A stretch of 64,000 nucleotides of DNA from Pristiophorus japonicus (taxonomy: Eukaryota). Position numbers and translations under genes: made by a program. Below the pieces are notes generated by a model that worked only from the letters and a program-made list of their open reading frames with translations, was not told the DNA's origin and did no database searches. Location: assembly GCF_044704955.1 (NCBI RefSeq), contig NC_091996.1:72974001-73038000 (forward strand), in the 5' to 3' direction. Positions 24,623 to 38,607 of this stretch are shown here, piece after piece. Positions within the stretch are counted from its first letter, which is position 1, and every line of letters starts with the position of its first letter.

Positions 24623-26874
24623 TGTAATACAGATTGAGGATGAGGAAGTTGTGTCAGAAACGAGCGTACAATGCTTAAACAAAGGGGACTACAGTGGGAT
24701 GAGGGCAGAGTTGGCTAAAGTAGACTGGAAACAAGGACTAAACGGTGGCACAATTGAGGAACAGTGGAGGACTTTTAAGGAGCTCTTTCATAGTGCGCAA
24801 CAAAAATATATTCCAGTGAAAAAGAAGGGCGGCAAGAGAAGGGATAACCAAGGAAATAAAGGAAAGTATCAAATCAAAGACCAATGCATATAAGGTGGCC
24901 AAGGTTAGTGGGAAACTAGAGGATTGGGAAAATTTTAAGCAACAGCAAAGAATGACTAAAAAAGCAATAAAGAAAGGGAAGATAGATTACGAAGGTAAAC
25001 TTGCGCAAAACATAAAAACAGATAGTAAAAGCTTTTACAGATATATAAAACGGAAAAGAGTGACTAAAGTAAATGTTGGTCCCTTAGAAGATGAAAAGGG
25101 GGATTTAATAATGGGAAATGTGGAAATGGCTGAGACCTTAAACAATTATTTTGCTTCCGTCTTCACAGTGGAAGACACAAAAACCATGCCAAAATTTGCA
25201 GGCCACAGGAATGTGGGAAGGGAGGACCTTGAAACAATCACTATCACTACGGGGGTAGTGCTGGACAGGCTAATGGGACTCAAGGTAGACAAGACCCCTG
25301 GTCCTGATGAAATGCATCCCAGGGTATTAAAAGAGATGGCGGAAGTTATAGCAGATGCATTCGTTATAATCTACCAAAATTCTCTGGACTCTGGGGTGGT
25401 ACCAGCGGATTGGAAAGCAGCTAATGTAACGCCTCTGTTTAAAAAAGAGGGCAGGCAAAAGGCAGGTAACTATAGGCCGGTTAGTTTAACATCTGTAGTG
25501 GGGAAAATGCTTGAAACTATCATTAAAGAAGAAATAGCGGGACATCTAGATAGGAATAGTGCAATCAAGCAGACGCAGCATGGATTCATGAAAGGGAAAT
25601 CATGTTTAACTAACTTATTGGAATTCTTTGAGGATATAACGAGCATGGTGGATAGAGGTGTACCGATGGATGTGGTGTATTTAGATTTCCAAAAGGCATT
25701 CAATAAGGTGCCACACAAAATATTACTGCAGAAGATAAAGGTACGCGGAGTCAGAGAAAATGTATTAGCATGGATAGAGAATTGGCTGGCGAACAGAAAG
25801 CAGAGAGTCGGGATAAATGGGTCCATTTCCGGTTGGAAATCAGTTGTTAGTGGTGTGCCACAGGGATCGGTGCTGGTACCACAACTGTTTACAATATACA
25901 TAGATGACCTAGAAGAGGGGACAGAGTGTAGTGCAACAAAATTTGCAGATGACACTAAGATTAGTGGGAAAGCGGGTTGTGTAGAGGACTCAGAGAGACT
26001 GCAAGGAGATTTGGATAGGTTAAGCGAATGGGCTAAGGTTTGGCAGATGGAATACAATGTCGGAAAGTGTGAGGTCATCCACCTTGGGAAAAAAAACAGT
26101 AAAAGGGAATATTATTTGAATGGGGAGAAATTACAACATGCTGTGGTGCAGAGGGACCTGGGGGTCCTTGTGCATGAATCCCAAAAGGTTAGTTTGCAGG
26201 TGCAGCAGGTAATCAGGAAGGCAAATGGAATGTTGGCCTTCATTGCGAGAGGGATGGAGTACAAAAGCAGGGAGGTCTTGCTGCAACTGTATAAGGTATT
26301 GGTAAGGCCGCACCTGGAGTACTGTGTGCAGTTTTGGTCACCTTACTTAAGGAAGGATATACTAGCTTTGGAAGGGGTACAGAGACGATTCACTAGGCTG
26401 ATTCCGGAGATGAGGGGGCTACCTTATTATGATAGATTGAGTAGACTGGGTCTTTACTCGTTGGAGTTCAGAAGGATGAGGGGTGATCTTATAGAAACAT
26501 TTAAAATCATGAAAGGGATAGACAAGATAGAGGCAGAGAGGTTGTTTCCACTGGTAAGGGAGACTAGAACTAGGGGGCACAGCCTCAAAATACGGAGGAG
26601 CCAATTTAAAACCGAGTTGAGAAAGAATTTCTTCTCCCAGAGGGTTGTGAATCTGTGGAATTCTCTGCCCAAGGAAGCAGTTGAGGCTAGCTCATTGAAT
26701 GTTTTCAAGTCAAAGATAGATAGATTTTTAACCAATAAGGGAATAAAGGGTTATGGGGAGAGGGCGGGTAAATGGAGCTGAGTCCACGACCAGATCAGCC
26801 ATGATCTTATTGAATGGCGGAGCAGGCTCGAGGGGCTAGATGGCCTACTCCTGTTCCCAATTTTATGTTCTTAT
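24623..26874 (+). mobile_element. Young 5'-truncated CR1 with an open RT frame (24895-26781)
   Basis: 628-codon ORF with KFADD; possible TSD GCAT at 24619-22 and 26875-78. Confidence 0.95.
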
Positions 26875-27235
26875 GCATGCGCGACCTTTCCCTGGGCCAG
26901 GAACCAGGAGGAGAGAATGTTGTGAATTTCTATCCTGGACTCACGGTCAGGGCTTTTGTAAAGTGCTGTTCCAGGCTGTGAGAAGGGCAGCATTTACAGG
27001 CCGCAAACTCAAACCCAACATCACATCCACATCTCACACACTCACTTCATTCATCAGGACCTGAATATCAGCCGCCTTTCAATGTGGAAGGAGAAATGTT
27101 TGTCTCTTCTGTCTGTGGGAAAACATTTCAAACATCAGTGTGACTGGAAAAGCCCCGAGACACACACACCCGAGTGAGAGTGTTCCAGTGCACTGACTGT
27201 GGAAAGAGCTTTAACCTGTTACACAGCCTGAAAAA
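26875..27235 (+). pseudogene. 5' remnant of an MEKPW-class ZNF gene, coding part lost
   Basis: Homologous to 62282-62640; homology ends at AGCCTGAAAAA. Confidence 0.8.
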
Positions 27236-27617
27236 TTGTTTAAAAATTTCAGATTTCCAGCATGCGCAGTAGTTTGCTTGTTTTATTGCACATGTTGCTC
27301 ACAGAACCGAGTCCGGAAACACAGAAGTAACAAATAAGGGCCGGTTTGTATCGGGGTGGGTGTTGGATGCAGGAATCGCTTCCTGGCCTCCTGTTTGTCT
27401 TGTTGGATCAGTTTGAGGTGGTGTGGAGATGCTGCTGCGTTCAACCTCGATTACTTTTTCGGCAGTCGGGCGCAACAATTTCCAGGGTGAGACTATCAAC
27501 AGAAAGAGATTAGGTTGCTAAACAGACTCTGTTCGAGCAATGTAAAAGAGCATTGTTTCAGGAAATAGTATTTAAACAGAGGCTTTTAATCCATTTTACA
27601 TATACAGATTTGTTTTT

Positions 27618-30600
27618 GCACCGTGGCTGGCTCTGCTGCACAGGAGGGCAGGAAAAAGAGTGGGAGAGCGATAGTGATAGGGGATTCAATTGTAAGGAGA
27701 ATAGATAGCGTTTCTGCGGCCGCAACCGAGACTCCAGGATGGTATGTTGCCTCCCTGGTGCAAGGGTCAAGGATGTCTCGGAGCGGGTGCAGGATATTCT
27801 GAAAAGGGAGGGTGAACAGCCAGTTGTCGTGGTGCACGTTGGTACCAACGATATAGGTAAAAAACGGGATGAGGTCCTACGAAACGAATTTAAGGAGCTA
27901 GGAGTTAAATTAAAAAGTAGAACCTCAAAAGTAGTAATCTCGGGATTGCTACCAGTGCTACGTGCTAGTCAGAGTAGGAATCGCAGGATTGCTCAGATAA
28001 ATACGTGGCTTGAGCAGTGGTGCAGCAGGGAGGGATTCAAATTCCTGGGGCATTGGAACCGGTTCTGGGCGAGGTGGGACCAGTACAAACCGGACGGTCT
28101 GCACCTAGGCAGGACCGGAACCAATGTCCTAGGAGGAGTATTTGCTAGTGCTGTTGGGGTGGAGTTAAACTAATATGGCAGTGGGATGGGAAACAATGCA
28201 GGGAAACAGAGGGAAACAAAATGGAGACAGAAGCAAAAGACAGAAAGGAGATGAGTAAAAGTGGAGGGCAAAGAAACCCAAGGCAAAAAACAAAAAGGAG
28301 CACTTTGCAGCAAAATTCTAAAAGGTCAAAGTGTGTTACAAAGGCAAGCCTGAAGGCTCTGTGCCTCAATGTAAGGAGTATTCGGAATAAGGTGGATGAA
28401 TTAACTGTGCAGATAGCAGTTAACGGATACGATGTGGTTGGCATCACGGAGACATGGCTCCAGGGTGGCCAAGGCTGGGAACTCAACATCCAAGGGTATT
28501 CAACATTTAGGAAGGATAGACAAAAAGGAAAAGGAGGCGGGGTGGCGTTGCTGGTTCAAGAGGAAATGAATGCAATTGGAAGGAAAGACATTAGCTTGGA
28601 TGATGTGGAATCGGTATGGGTGGAGCTACGGAATACCAATGGGCAGAAAACGCTAGTGGGAGTTGTGTACAGACGTCCAAACAGTAGTAGTGATGTTGGG
28701 GATGGCATCAAACAGGAAATTAGGGGTGCATGCAATAAAGGTGCAGCAGTTATAATGGGTGACTTTAATATGCATGTAGATTGGGCTAACCAAACTGGAA
28801 ACAATATGGTGGAGGAGGATTTCCTGGAGTGCATAAGGGATGGTTTTCTAGACCAATATGTCGAGGAACCAACTAGGGGGGAGGCCATCTTAGACTGGGT
28901 GTTGTGTAATGAGAGAGGATTAATTAGCAATCGCGTTGTGCAAGGCCCCTTGTGGAAGGGTGACCATAATATGGTGGAATTCTTCATTAGGATGGAGAAT
29001 GAAACAGTTAATTCAGAGACCATGGTCCAGAACTTAAAGAAGGGTAACTTTGAAGTTATGAGGCGTGAATTGGCTAGGATAGATTGGTGAATGATACTTA
29101 AGGGGTTGACAGTGGATGGGCAATGGCAGACATTTAGAGACCGCATGGATGAACTACAACAATTGTACATCCCTGTCTGGCGTAAAAATAAAAAAGGGAA
29201 GGTGGCTCAACCGTGGCTATCAAGGGAAGTCAGGGATAGTATTAAAGCCAAGGAAGTGGCATACAAATTGGCCAGAAATAGCAGCGAACCCAGGAACTGG
29301 GAGAAATTTAGAACTCAGCAAAGGAGGACAAAGGGTTTGATTAGGGCAGGGAAAATAGAGTACGAGAGGAAGCTTGCAGGGAACATTAAAATGGACTGCA
29401 AAAGCTTCTATAGTTATGTAAAGAGAAAAAGGTTAGTAAAGACAAACGTAGGTCCCCTGCAGTCAGAATCAGGGGAAGTCATAACTGGGAACAAAGAAGT
29501 GGCTGACCAATTGAACAAGTACTTTGGTTCGGTATTCACTAAAGAGGACATAAACAACCTTCTGGATATAAAAGGGGCCAAAGGGTCTAGTAAGAAGGAG
29601 GAACTGAGGGAAATCCTTATTAGTCGGGAAATTGTGTTGGGGAAATTGATGGGATTGAAGGCCGATAAATCCCCAGGGCCTGATGGTCTGCATCCCAGAG
29701 TACTTAAGGAGGTGGCCTTGGAAATAGCGGATACATTGACAGTCATTTTCCAACATTCCATAGACTCTGGATCAGTTCCTATGGAGTGGAGGGTAGCCAA
29801 TGTAACCCCACTTTTTAAAAAAGGAGGGAGAGAGAAAACAGGGATTATAGACCGGTCAGCCTGACATCGGTAGTGGGTAAAATGATGGAATCAATTATTA
29901 AGGATGTCATAGCAGCGCATTTGGAAAGAGGTGACATGATAGGTCCAAGTCAGCATGGTTTTGTGAAAGGGAAATCATGCTTGACAAATCTTCTGGAATT
30001 TTTTGAGGATGGTTCCAGTAGAGTGAACAAGGGAGAACCAGTTGATGTGGTATATTTGGACTTTCAGAAGGCTTTCGACAAGATCCCACACAAGAGATTA
30101 ATGTGCAAAGTTAAAGCACATGAGATTGGGGGTAGTGTGCTGACGTGGATTGAGAATTGGTTGGCAGACAGGAAGCAAAGAGTAGGAGTGAATGGGTACT
30201 TTTCAGAATGGCAGGCAGTGACTAGTGGGATACCGCAAGGTTCTGTGCTGGGGCCCCAGCTGCTTACATTGTACATTAATGATTTAGACGAGGGGATTAA
30301 ATGTAGTATCTCCAAATTTGCAGATGACACTAAGTTGGGTGGCAGTGTGAGCTGCGAGGAGGATGCTATGAGGCTGCAGAGTGACTTGGACAGGTTAGGT
30401 GAATGGGCAAATGCATGGCAGATGAAGTATAATGTGGATAAATGTGAGGTTATCCACTTTGGTGGTAAAAACAGAGAGACAGACTATTATCTGAATGGCG
30501 ACAGATTAGGAAAAGAGGAGGTGCAACGAGACCTGGGTGTCATGGTACATCAGTCATTGAAGGTTGGCATGCTGGTACAGCAGGCGGTTAAGAAAGCAAA

Positions 30601-31246
30601 TGGCATGTTGGCCTTCATAGCGAGGGGATTTGAGTACAGGGGCAGGGAGGTGTTGCTACAGTTGTACAGGGCCTTGGTGAGGCCACACCTGGAGTATTGT
30701 GTACAGTTTTGGTCTCCTAACTTGAGGAAGGACATTCTTGCTATTGAGGGAGTGCAGCAAAGGTTCACCAGACTGATTCCCGGGATGGCGGGACTGACAT
30801 ATCAAGAAAGACTGGATCAACTGGGCTTGTATTCACTGGAGTTCAGAAGAATGAGAGGGGATCTCATAGAAACGTTTAAAATTCTGACGGGTTTAGACAG
30901 GTTAGATGCAGGAAGAATGTTCCCAATGTTGGGGAAGTCCAGAACCAAGGGTCACAGTCTAAGGATAAGGGGTAAGCCATTTAGGATCGAGATGAGGAGA
31001 AACTTCTTCACCCAGAGAGTGGCGAACCTGTGGAATTCTCTACCACAGAAAGTAGTTGAGGCCAATTCACTAAATATATTCAAAAAGGAGTTAGATGTAG
31101 TCCTTACTACTAGGGGGATCAAAGGGTATGGCGAGAAAGCAGGAATGGGGTACTGAAGTTGCATGTTCAGCCATGGACTCATTGAATGGCGGTGCAGGCT
31201 AGAAGGGCCGAATGGCCTACTCCTGCACCTATTTTCTATGTTTCTA
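27618..31246 (+). mobile_element. CR1 LINE (partial ORF1 esterase plus nearly intact ORF2)
   Basis: ORF2 pieces 28221-29090, 29091-29864 and 29873-31156, consistent with one in-frame TGA and one frameshift; TTTCTATG tail. Confidence 0.95.
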
Positions 31247-32284
31247 TTTCATTCTTGGGATGTGGGTGTCGCTAGCAAGGCCATCACATATTGCCAATCC
31301 CCAGTTTCCCGTTGAGAAGGTGATGGTGGGCCTTCTTGAACCGCTGCAGTCCGTGTGGTGAAGGTATTCCCACAATGCTGTTTGGTAAGCAGGTCCAGGA
31401 TGTTCATTCAGCGACGATGTCGAAACAGCGATTTCTGTCCACGTCAGGATGGTGCGTGGCTTGGAGGTGAACTTGGAGCTGACTGTGCTCTGTGAGCCCC
31501 TTGCCCGTATCTCAAACAGCTCAATAGAGTCAGGAATTGTTCCCCGCGATGGGAAGGGAGCTGACCTAGCTCCCCTTTTCCAAATGGAGGGCCTCCTGCC
31601 AACGAACAGGAAGCTGTGCAGAAGCATTCTGCGGATAACTATCAAGCCCCAAATGTTAAAAATAATGTTCACCACAACAGACGGAGCATCTGAGAAGTGC
31701 TGAAGCACATCACTAATAAAGTTTCATTAATGTTAGTGTGGTTGGTTTAATTTATCTTTGCTTTATTAATGTTACTATAGTTGGGTTAATGTTACTGGTG
31801 ATTTTTCCTGTTTAAGAACCGCTGTCTCGAAGGACAAACAACAGCTTTTGAAAATAAACTCACAGTTCAAACTAATGTTTCTAATAGAATTCTCTAAATC
31901 TGCTTTTATTTCTCATTTTGGGAGGATTTGCGAGGGCGCAACAACTTCCGGGTCTTTGGCAGCAGTCGCGCCATGTTTTTTTAACCTCACAGAGCCTCTG
32001 AATTGTTCATTCAAGGGACCTTCTTTTTGGCCCAAGTCGATTTCCTCCCTTCTTTCACACTTCGACATTTTGATAATAGACTTTTGGAATTTGGGACAAG
32101 AACAGGCGGATCCAGGTGTTACGCTGGTTACATCCAATCATCAGCCTACCTGTCCCAGGCCCCACCAGTCACCTTATGATTCCACCAACATATCTTCATC
32201 CATTACCCGCCTTTCACCCTCACTGGAGCTGGATTCACCACCATGACCATTCCGCATACTGAGACTCTCTGATTCCCATTTATA

Positions 32285-32645
32285 GTCTCAGTGTAAGTGG
32301 TCGCTGGATTTGGTGTCCAGTGTAATTGGTCCCTGGATTTGGTGTCTCAGTGTAAGCGATCCCTGGATTTGGTGCCTTAGTGTAAGTGGTCCCTGGATTT
32401 GTTGTCTCAGTGTAAGTGGTCTCTGGATTTGGTGTCCCAGTGTAATTGGTCCCTGGATTTGGTGCCTTAGTGTAAGTGGTCCCTGGATTTGGTGTCCAGT
32501 GTAATTGGTCCCTGGATTTGGTGTCCCAGTGTAATTGGTCCCTGGATTTGGTGTCTCAGTGTAAGCGATCCCTGGATTTGGTGCCTTAGTGTAAGTGGTC
32601 CCTGGATTTGTTGTCTCAGTGTAAGTGGTCTCTGGATTTGGTGTC
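32285..32645. repeat. 30-bp minisatellite, about 12 copies
   Basis: GGTCCCTGGATTTGGTGTCTCAGTGTAAGT-type units. Confidence 0.92.
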
Positions 32646-32739
32646 AGGGAGGAAGTGCGCTGTCTCCACCTCCCAGTCCTTCACCTAGCAGCTTTTGATC
32701 TTTTTCTGGCCCCTCTTTTTCCAGTCTTGGTTGTTGCTC

Positions 32740-33250
32740 TTTCAATGCGGGGTGAAGCGGGACCTCGCCCACCGAGCCCCCTCTGTTGCTCCATTTCCCT
32801 GCTGCACCGTTTGTGCTGGGATATTTCCCATTTGAAAGGGTGTTGAGCTGCAGAGCAGAGGAGCCGAAGCCCCGCTGCAGTGAGTGAAGGGGACGGAAGG
32901 ACGGGTGCGGGCTGAGTGCTCAAACCCCGCGGGGAAAGGGAGCAGGAAAAGATCAGGCTGTGATTGGAGGAACAGCGAGCACGAGCGGGGGGCGGGGCCC
33001 GGGACAGACCGGAAGGAATCTTTCACCCAGCCGCAGTAACGTCACTGAGGGATTGCCCGCGGGGTTTAAATCTCCGGCGGGTTTGTGTTCCAACAGGAGT
33101 TCTTCACTGGGACTGAGGGCAAACCCGCTGCCCAGCAATGTGTTCAGCACAGAATGATCCTACACAAATCTATTCCCCATTAACATTGGCCACATTCATT
33201 CACCAGAAACAGCCCAGGACCCGCGAGTACCTGCAGCCCCGCCTCTGATC
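32740..33250. promoter_or_regulatory. CpG island, candidate promoter
   Basis: CpG-rich; ATTGG, GGGGCGGGGC, CCGGAAG and ACGTCA motifs at about 32960-33045. Confidence 0.5.
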
Positions 33251-33856
33251 AGTTAAACACACAATTCAAAGCATTCTAAAGTGAAAATAAACCCCATCAC
33301 AGTTCAATAGAGTCTATTAATGAGCAGTGAAACCCCCTCACACCAACTCCTCTTTCACCCTACTCTCCAACCCCTTCATCCGAACTCCTCTTTCATTCCT
33401 ACTCTCCGACCCCCCCTCACCCCAACTCCTGTCACCCCTACTCTCCAACCCATCTCTTGTATTTATGAATGCTTCAAGTGGCTCTTTGAGTTAGGATATT
33501 TCTTTATTCTGCCCACTCGACATGTTAGGTAACAGACTATATCCTGTGAATGTACAGCTGGAGTATTGGGCCGTGATGTGTTACTTCTTCATCCTGTTGA
33601 CTCTAAAATTGAGTCTTGTTGTTTCAGACACCAGATAATTAAGCTCACAACAACAGATTATCCTTCACTGACTTTATAACCAGCACTGCAAAAATACAGA
33701 CAGAGTACAGTTACCCGATCCAGAGAACAGGAATAATACAGTGGATTCAGGGCTCTCTTCTCCCCAGGTCAGTTCTAACAAGCTGCGACTACACTGCCGA
33801 TATTTACATTTATGTTGTTTATTATATTCGTAACCTGACTCTGCTCAAATCATATC

Positions 33857-36130
33857 CATAGATTTGTAGAATGGTTACAGCACAGAAGGAGGCCATGTGG
33901 CCCGTTGAACCCGTGCCGGCTCTCTGCAAGAGAACTTCAGCTAGTCCCACTCTCCCGCTCTTTCCCCGTGGCCCTGCAATTTTTTTTCCTTGAGGGACTT
34001 TGAAAGCCACGATTGAATCTGTCTCCAGCACCTTGTCAGGCAGGGAATTCCAGTTCCTAACCAATTGCTATGTAAAAAAGGTTTTCCTCATGTTGCCTTT
34101 GGTTATTCTGCTGATCACCTTAAATCTGTGTCCTCTGGTTCTCAACCCTTCTGCCAATGGGAACAGTTTCTCTCTATCTACTCTCTCCAGACCCCTCATG
34201 ATTTTGAACACCTCTCTCGACCTTCTCTGCTCGAAGGAGAACCCCAGCTTCTCCAGTATATCTATGTAACTGAAGTCCCGCATCCCTGGAATCATTCTTG
34301 TAAATCTTTTCTGGGACCTCTCTAAGGCCTTCATATCCTTCCTAAAGTTGTGTGTCCAGAATTGGATACAATACTCTAGTTGAGGCTGAAACAATGTTTT
34401 TCAAAGTTTCATCACAACTTACTTGCTTTTGCACTCTATGCCTCTATTTATTTAGCCCAGGATGCTGGACGCTTTTTTAACCATTTTCTCAACCTGCCCT
34501 GCCACCTTCAACGATTTGTGCACATATGCCCCCAGATCTCTCTGTTCCTGCACTCTTTAGAATTGTACCATTTAGGTTATATTGCCTCTCCTCGTTCTTC
34601 CTACAAAAATGTATCACTTTGCACTTTTCTGCATTAAATTCCATCTGCCACATGTCTGCCCATTCCACCAGCCTGTCTATATCTTCTTGAAGTCTGTCAC
34701 TGTCCTCCTCACTGTTCACTATACTTCAGAGTTTGTGTCATCTGCAAATTTTGAAATTGTGCCCTGTACACCCAAGTCTAAGTCATTAATATACAAGAAA
34801 AGCAGTGGTCCTAGTACCTACCCCTGGGGAACACCACTGTATACCTTCCTCCACTACAACAAACAACCGTTCACCACTACTTTCTGTTTCCTGTCACTTA
34901 GCCAATTTCATATCCATGCTGCCACTGTCCCTTTTATTCCACGGACTTCAACTTTGCTGGCAGTCCTATTATGTGGCACTTTGTCAAACGCCTTTTGGAA
35001 GTCCATGTACATCACGTCAACCATAATGCCCTCATCGACCCTCTCTGTTACCTCATCAAAAAACTCAATCAGGTTAGTTAAACACGATTTGCCTTTAACA
35101 TATCCGTGCTGACTTTCCTTAATTAATCCATGCTTGTCCAAATAACTGTTAAATTTGTCCCAGATTATCGTTTCTCAGAGTCCCCACTACTGAGGCTAAA
35201 CTGGCTGGCCTGTAGTTGCTGGGTTTATCCTTGCATCTTTTTGAACAATTCTCCGGTCCTCTGGCACCAGCCTTGTATCCAAGGAGGATTGGAAGATATG
35301 GCCAGTGCCTCTGCAATTTCCTTCTTTACTTCCCTCAGCATCCTAGGATGCATGCCATCCGGTCTGTTGACTTTCTAGTACCTCCTCCTTATCGATTTCT
35401 ATTCCATCCAGTATCACAACTGCCTCCTCTTTCACTATGACTTTGGCAGCATCTTCTTCCTTGGTAAAAACAAGATGCAAGATGCTCATTTAGTACCTCA
35501 GCCATGCCTCTGCCCACATGTGTATGTCTCCATTTTGGTCCCTAATCAGCCCCACCCCTCCTGTTACTACCCGTTTACTATTTATATGTCTATAGTAAAC
35601 TTTTGGATTCACTTTTATGTTTGCTACCAAACTATTCTCATACTCACTATTTGCCCATCTTATTTCCTTTTTCACACCCCCTCTGAACTTTCTATATTCC
35701 TGATTCTCACTTGTATTCTCAACCTGACATCTGTCATACGTCCCCTTTTTGTGCTTCATCTTACTCTCTATTCCTTTCGTCATCCGGGGAGCTCTGGCTT
35801 TGGTTGCCCTTCCTTTCCCCCTCGTGGGGATGTACCTCGACTTTACCCCAACCACCTCTTTAAAGGCAGCCCATTGTTCGATTACAGTTTTGCCTGCCAG
35901 TCTTTGATTCCAATTTACCCGGGCCAGATCCATTCTCTACCCACTGAAATTGGCTTTCCAATTTAAAATCTAAAGCCCTCCCTCCTGCACCATCTCTCCA
36001 GCCACAGTCATCTGCTCTATCCTCTTATTTCTATACTCACTAACTCGTGGCACCAGGAGTGATCCAGAGATTACTACCTTTGAGGTCTTGCTTTTTAATC
36101 TTTTTCCTAGCTCCCAAAAATCTGCCTGCG
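33857..36130 (-). mobile_element. Degenerate CR1 ORF2 with an adjacent ORF1-like fragment
   Basis: [14 protein letters not shown] and PQLEYCIQFW motifs; CR1-type 3' UTR near 33860-33960. Confidence 0.88.
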
Positions 36131-36399
36131 GGACCTCATCCCTCTTTCTCCCTAATCACAAGGATATCTGAGCATTGTTCTGACTGTAACCACAAGGCTG
36201 TGTCATTATCACACACAGATACTGTTTCCTTGTTTTACTTTTCCATAAAAGACCATTTCTTTACATATCCCGTTTCTACACAATTGCAGCAGACATGAGC
36301 AAGGACATGAGGCTCAAAGATGCACACATTTCGCAACAGCAAAAGCTACACTGGGACAAATGTTCAGTCATTTTCACTGCAGACACAATGCAGAGAAAA

Positions 36400-36882
36400 G
36401 GAAAGACATGCATTAATATAGTGCCTTTCATGAGCTCAGGACATCCCAAAATGCTTCGCAGCCAATGAAGTACTTTTGAAGTGTAGTCACTGTTGTAGTG
36501 TAGAAAACTCAGCAACCAATTTGCACACAGAAAGCTCCCACAAACAGCCCTGTGACACTGGACAGATTATCTGTTTTGTTTAGTGATAAATATTGGCCAG
36601 GACACCAGAGATTACTTCCATGCTCTTCTTCTAAATAGTGTCATAGAGCTTTTACGTCCACCTGAGAGAGTAGATGGGGTCTCGGTTTAATGTCTCATCT
36701 GAAAGATGGCACTTCCGACAGTGCAGTACTCCCTCAGCACTGCTCCTCCGATAGTACAGCACTCCTTCAGTACTGCACAGGAGTGTCAGCCTAGATTCTT
36801 GTGCTCAAATCTCTGGGGTGGGACTTGAACCCACAACCTTCTGACAGAGGCAAGAGTGCTGCTCACTGAGCCGTGGCTGACA
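36400..36882 (-). mobile_element. Full-length tRNA-headed Deu-domain SINE (SacSINE1-like)
   Basis: A box GGCTCAGTGAG and B box GGTTCAAGTCC; Deu-like core (GATGAGACATTAAACCGAG..CAGGTGGACGTAAAAG); L2-like tail. Confidence 0.8.
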
Positions 36883-37404
36883 CAGCAGTACAGCAGCACC
36901 TTAACAATGTCTCATCAGCCTGCAGGCTTCCATTAAATATATTAGCTGAGTAAATTTAAAACCAGGTTTTCAGGCGTGATGCTCTATTCACACATCGATG
37001 GTGAGGGAGATGCTGCGGGGCACACACTAAGTCCAGTAGCTGAAGGTGTTTAGCAGACTGGGTTTTGTGTTTAGTGATCCCGACATGTTACTGATACCTT
37101 CCCTGGATACCAAGGCTATGAGATGCACTCAGGAAGGTATGGGGAGCTGAAACTTGTCCACGAAAGTAACAAAAGGTGTGAGAACTTAAATTATCTAGAG
37201 TTAGAAAGGAGAAAAGGTCCCAAAATGGAGCAGGTGGTAGGTAACAGGACATCAATCAGTCTCTTATCTTGGAGAAATAAACACAACACATTGTGTGTTT
37301 ACACCAAAAGTGGTTCATTGACATATATCCAGAAACGTAAACTCCAGCCCAGTTATAGGGGTTATCAACATCGGCACAAACAATCAAAGGACGTGATTAA
37401 CAGC

Positions 37405-37835
37405 AGAACGGCCACTCCACAGTGTGAACTCGTTGGTGTTTACGCAGGTTGGATGAACAATTGAATCCCTTCCCACACACGGAGCAGGTGAACGGCCTCT
37501 CTCCGATGTGAGTGTGTTGGTGCGTCTGGAGGGTCGATGAATCAGTGAATTCCTTCCCCCACAAGGAGCAGGTGAATACGCTCTCCCCAGTGTGAACCGT
37601 TTGGTGCATCCGAAGATCAGATTCCCGAGTGAATCCCTTCCCATATACAGAGCAGGCGTTGAATGAGGTGCGATGACTGCCTGAAGTTCTTTTCGCAGTA
37701 ACAACAACTGAACGGGCCCTCGTAGATGTGAACAAGCTGGTGTTTAATTAAATCTGCAGAGCTTTTAGAACCGTTCCCACAGTCAGAGCATTTAAAAGGT
37801 CTCTCGTCCGTGTGAACTCGCTGGTGTATCAGGAG
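37405..37835 (-). pseudogene. C2H2 ZNF 3' fragment, degenerate
   Basis: [21 protein letters not shown] plus mutated fingers; 5' part missing. Confidence 0.8.
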
Positions 37836-37964
37836 GTAGGAGGTCGGGGGCAGCCCCCCGACCTACGAGGGAACACCATCACTGAAGGTCGGGGATACAG
37901 GGAGCTGGAGCTAGGCCCTGCAGGGAGCAGTGCGAGCCCTTCTAGAGGGACAACTGCTTAGAGG

Positions 37965-38605
37965 AGGGCGAATGGATTGACAGAGACATTGAACAAATAT
38001 TTTGTATCGGTCATCACGGTTGAAGATACTAAAAAAATGATAGATAATCAAGGGGCTATAGGGAGGGGGGAACTTAATACAATCACTATCACTGAAGAAA
38101 ATGTACTCAGTAAAATAATGGGACTAAAGGTGGACAAGTCCCCTGGACCTGATGGCCTGCATTCGAGGGGCTTAAAAGAAGTGGCTGCAGAGATAGTGGA
38201 TGCATTGGTTGCAAAATTCCCTGGATTCTGGAGAGGTCCCAGCGGATTGGAAAACAGCAAATGTAATACCCCTTTTTAAAAAAGGAGACAGAAAGCAGGA
38301 AACTATGCACCAGTTATCCTAACATCTGTCATTGGGCAAATGGTGGAGTCCATTATTATGGAAGTAGTAGCTGGTCATTTGGAAAATCATAATGCAGTCA
38401 GCATGGTGTTATGAAAGGGAAATCATGTTGGACACATTTGCTGGATTTGGGGTTGGCGGTAATATATTAGCGTGGATAGAAGTTTGGCTAACTAACAGAA
38501 AACAGAGACGGGATAAATGGGTAATTTTCAGGTTGGCAAACGGTAACTAGTGAGGTGCCACAGGGATCGGTGCTGGGACCTCAACTATTTACAATCTATA
38601 TTAAT
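37965..38605 (+). mobile_element. CR1 RT fragment with internal deletions
   Basis: LNKYF, DKSPGPDG and [12 protein letters not shown] motifs. Confidence 0.8.
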
Positions 38606-38607
38606 AA

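Noticed and set aside
25470-26078. Long antisense ORFs over CR1 and ZNF sequences
   Set aside because: Shadow frames of codon bias, recurring in many copies, with no recognisable domains.
36820-36882. tRNA gene
   Set aside because: The A and B boxes belong to a SINE head that continues into the Deu core; no full cloverleaf is evident.
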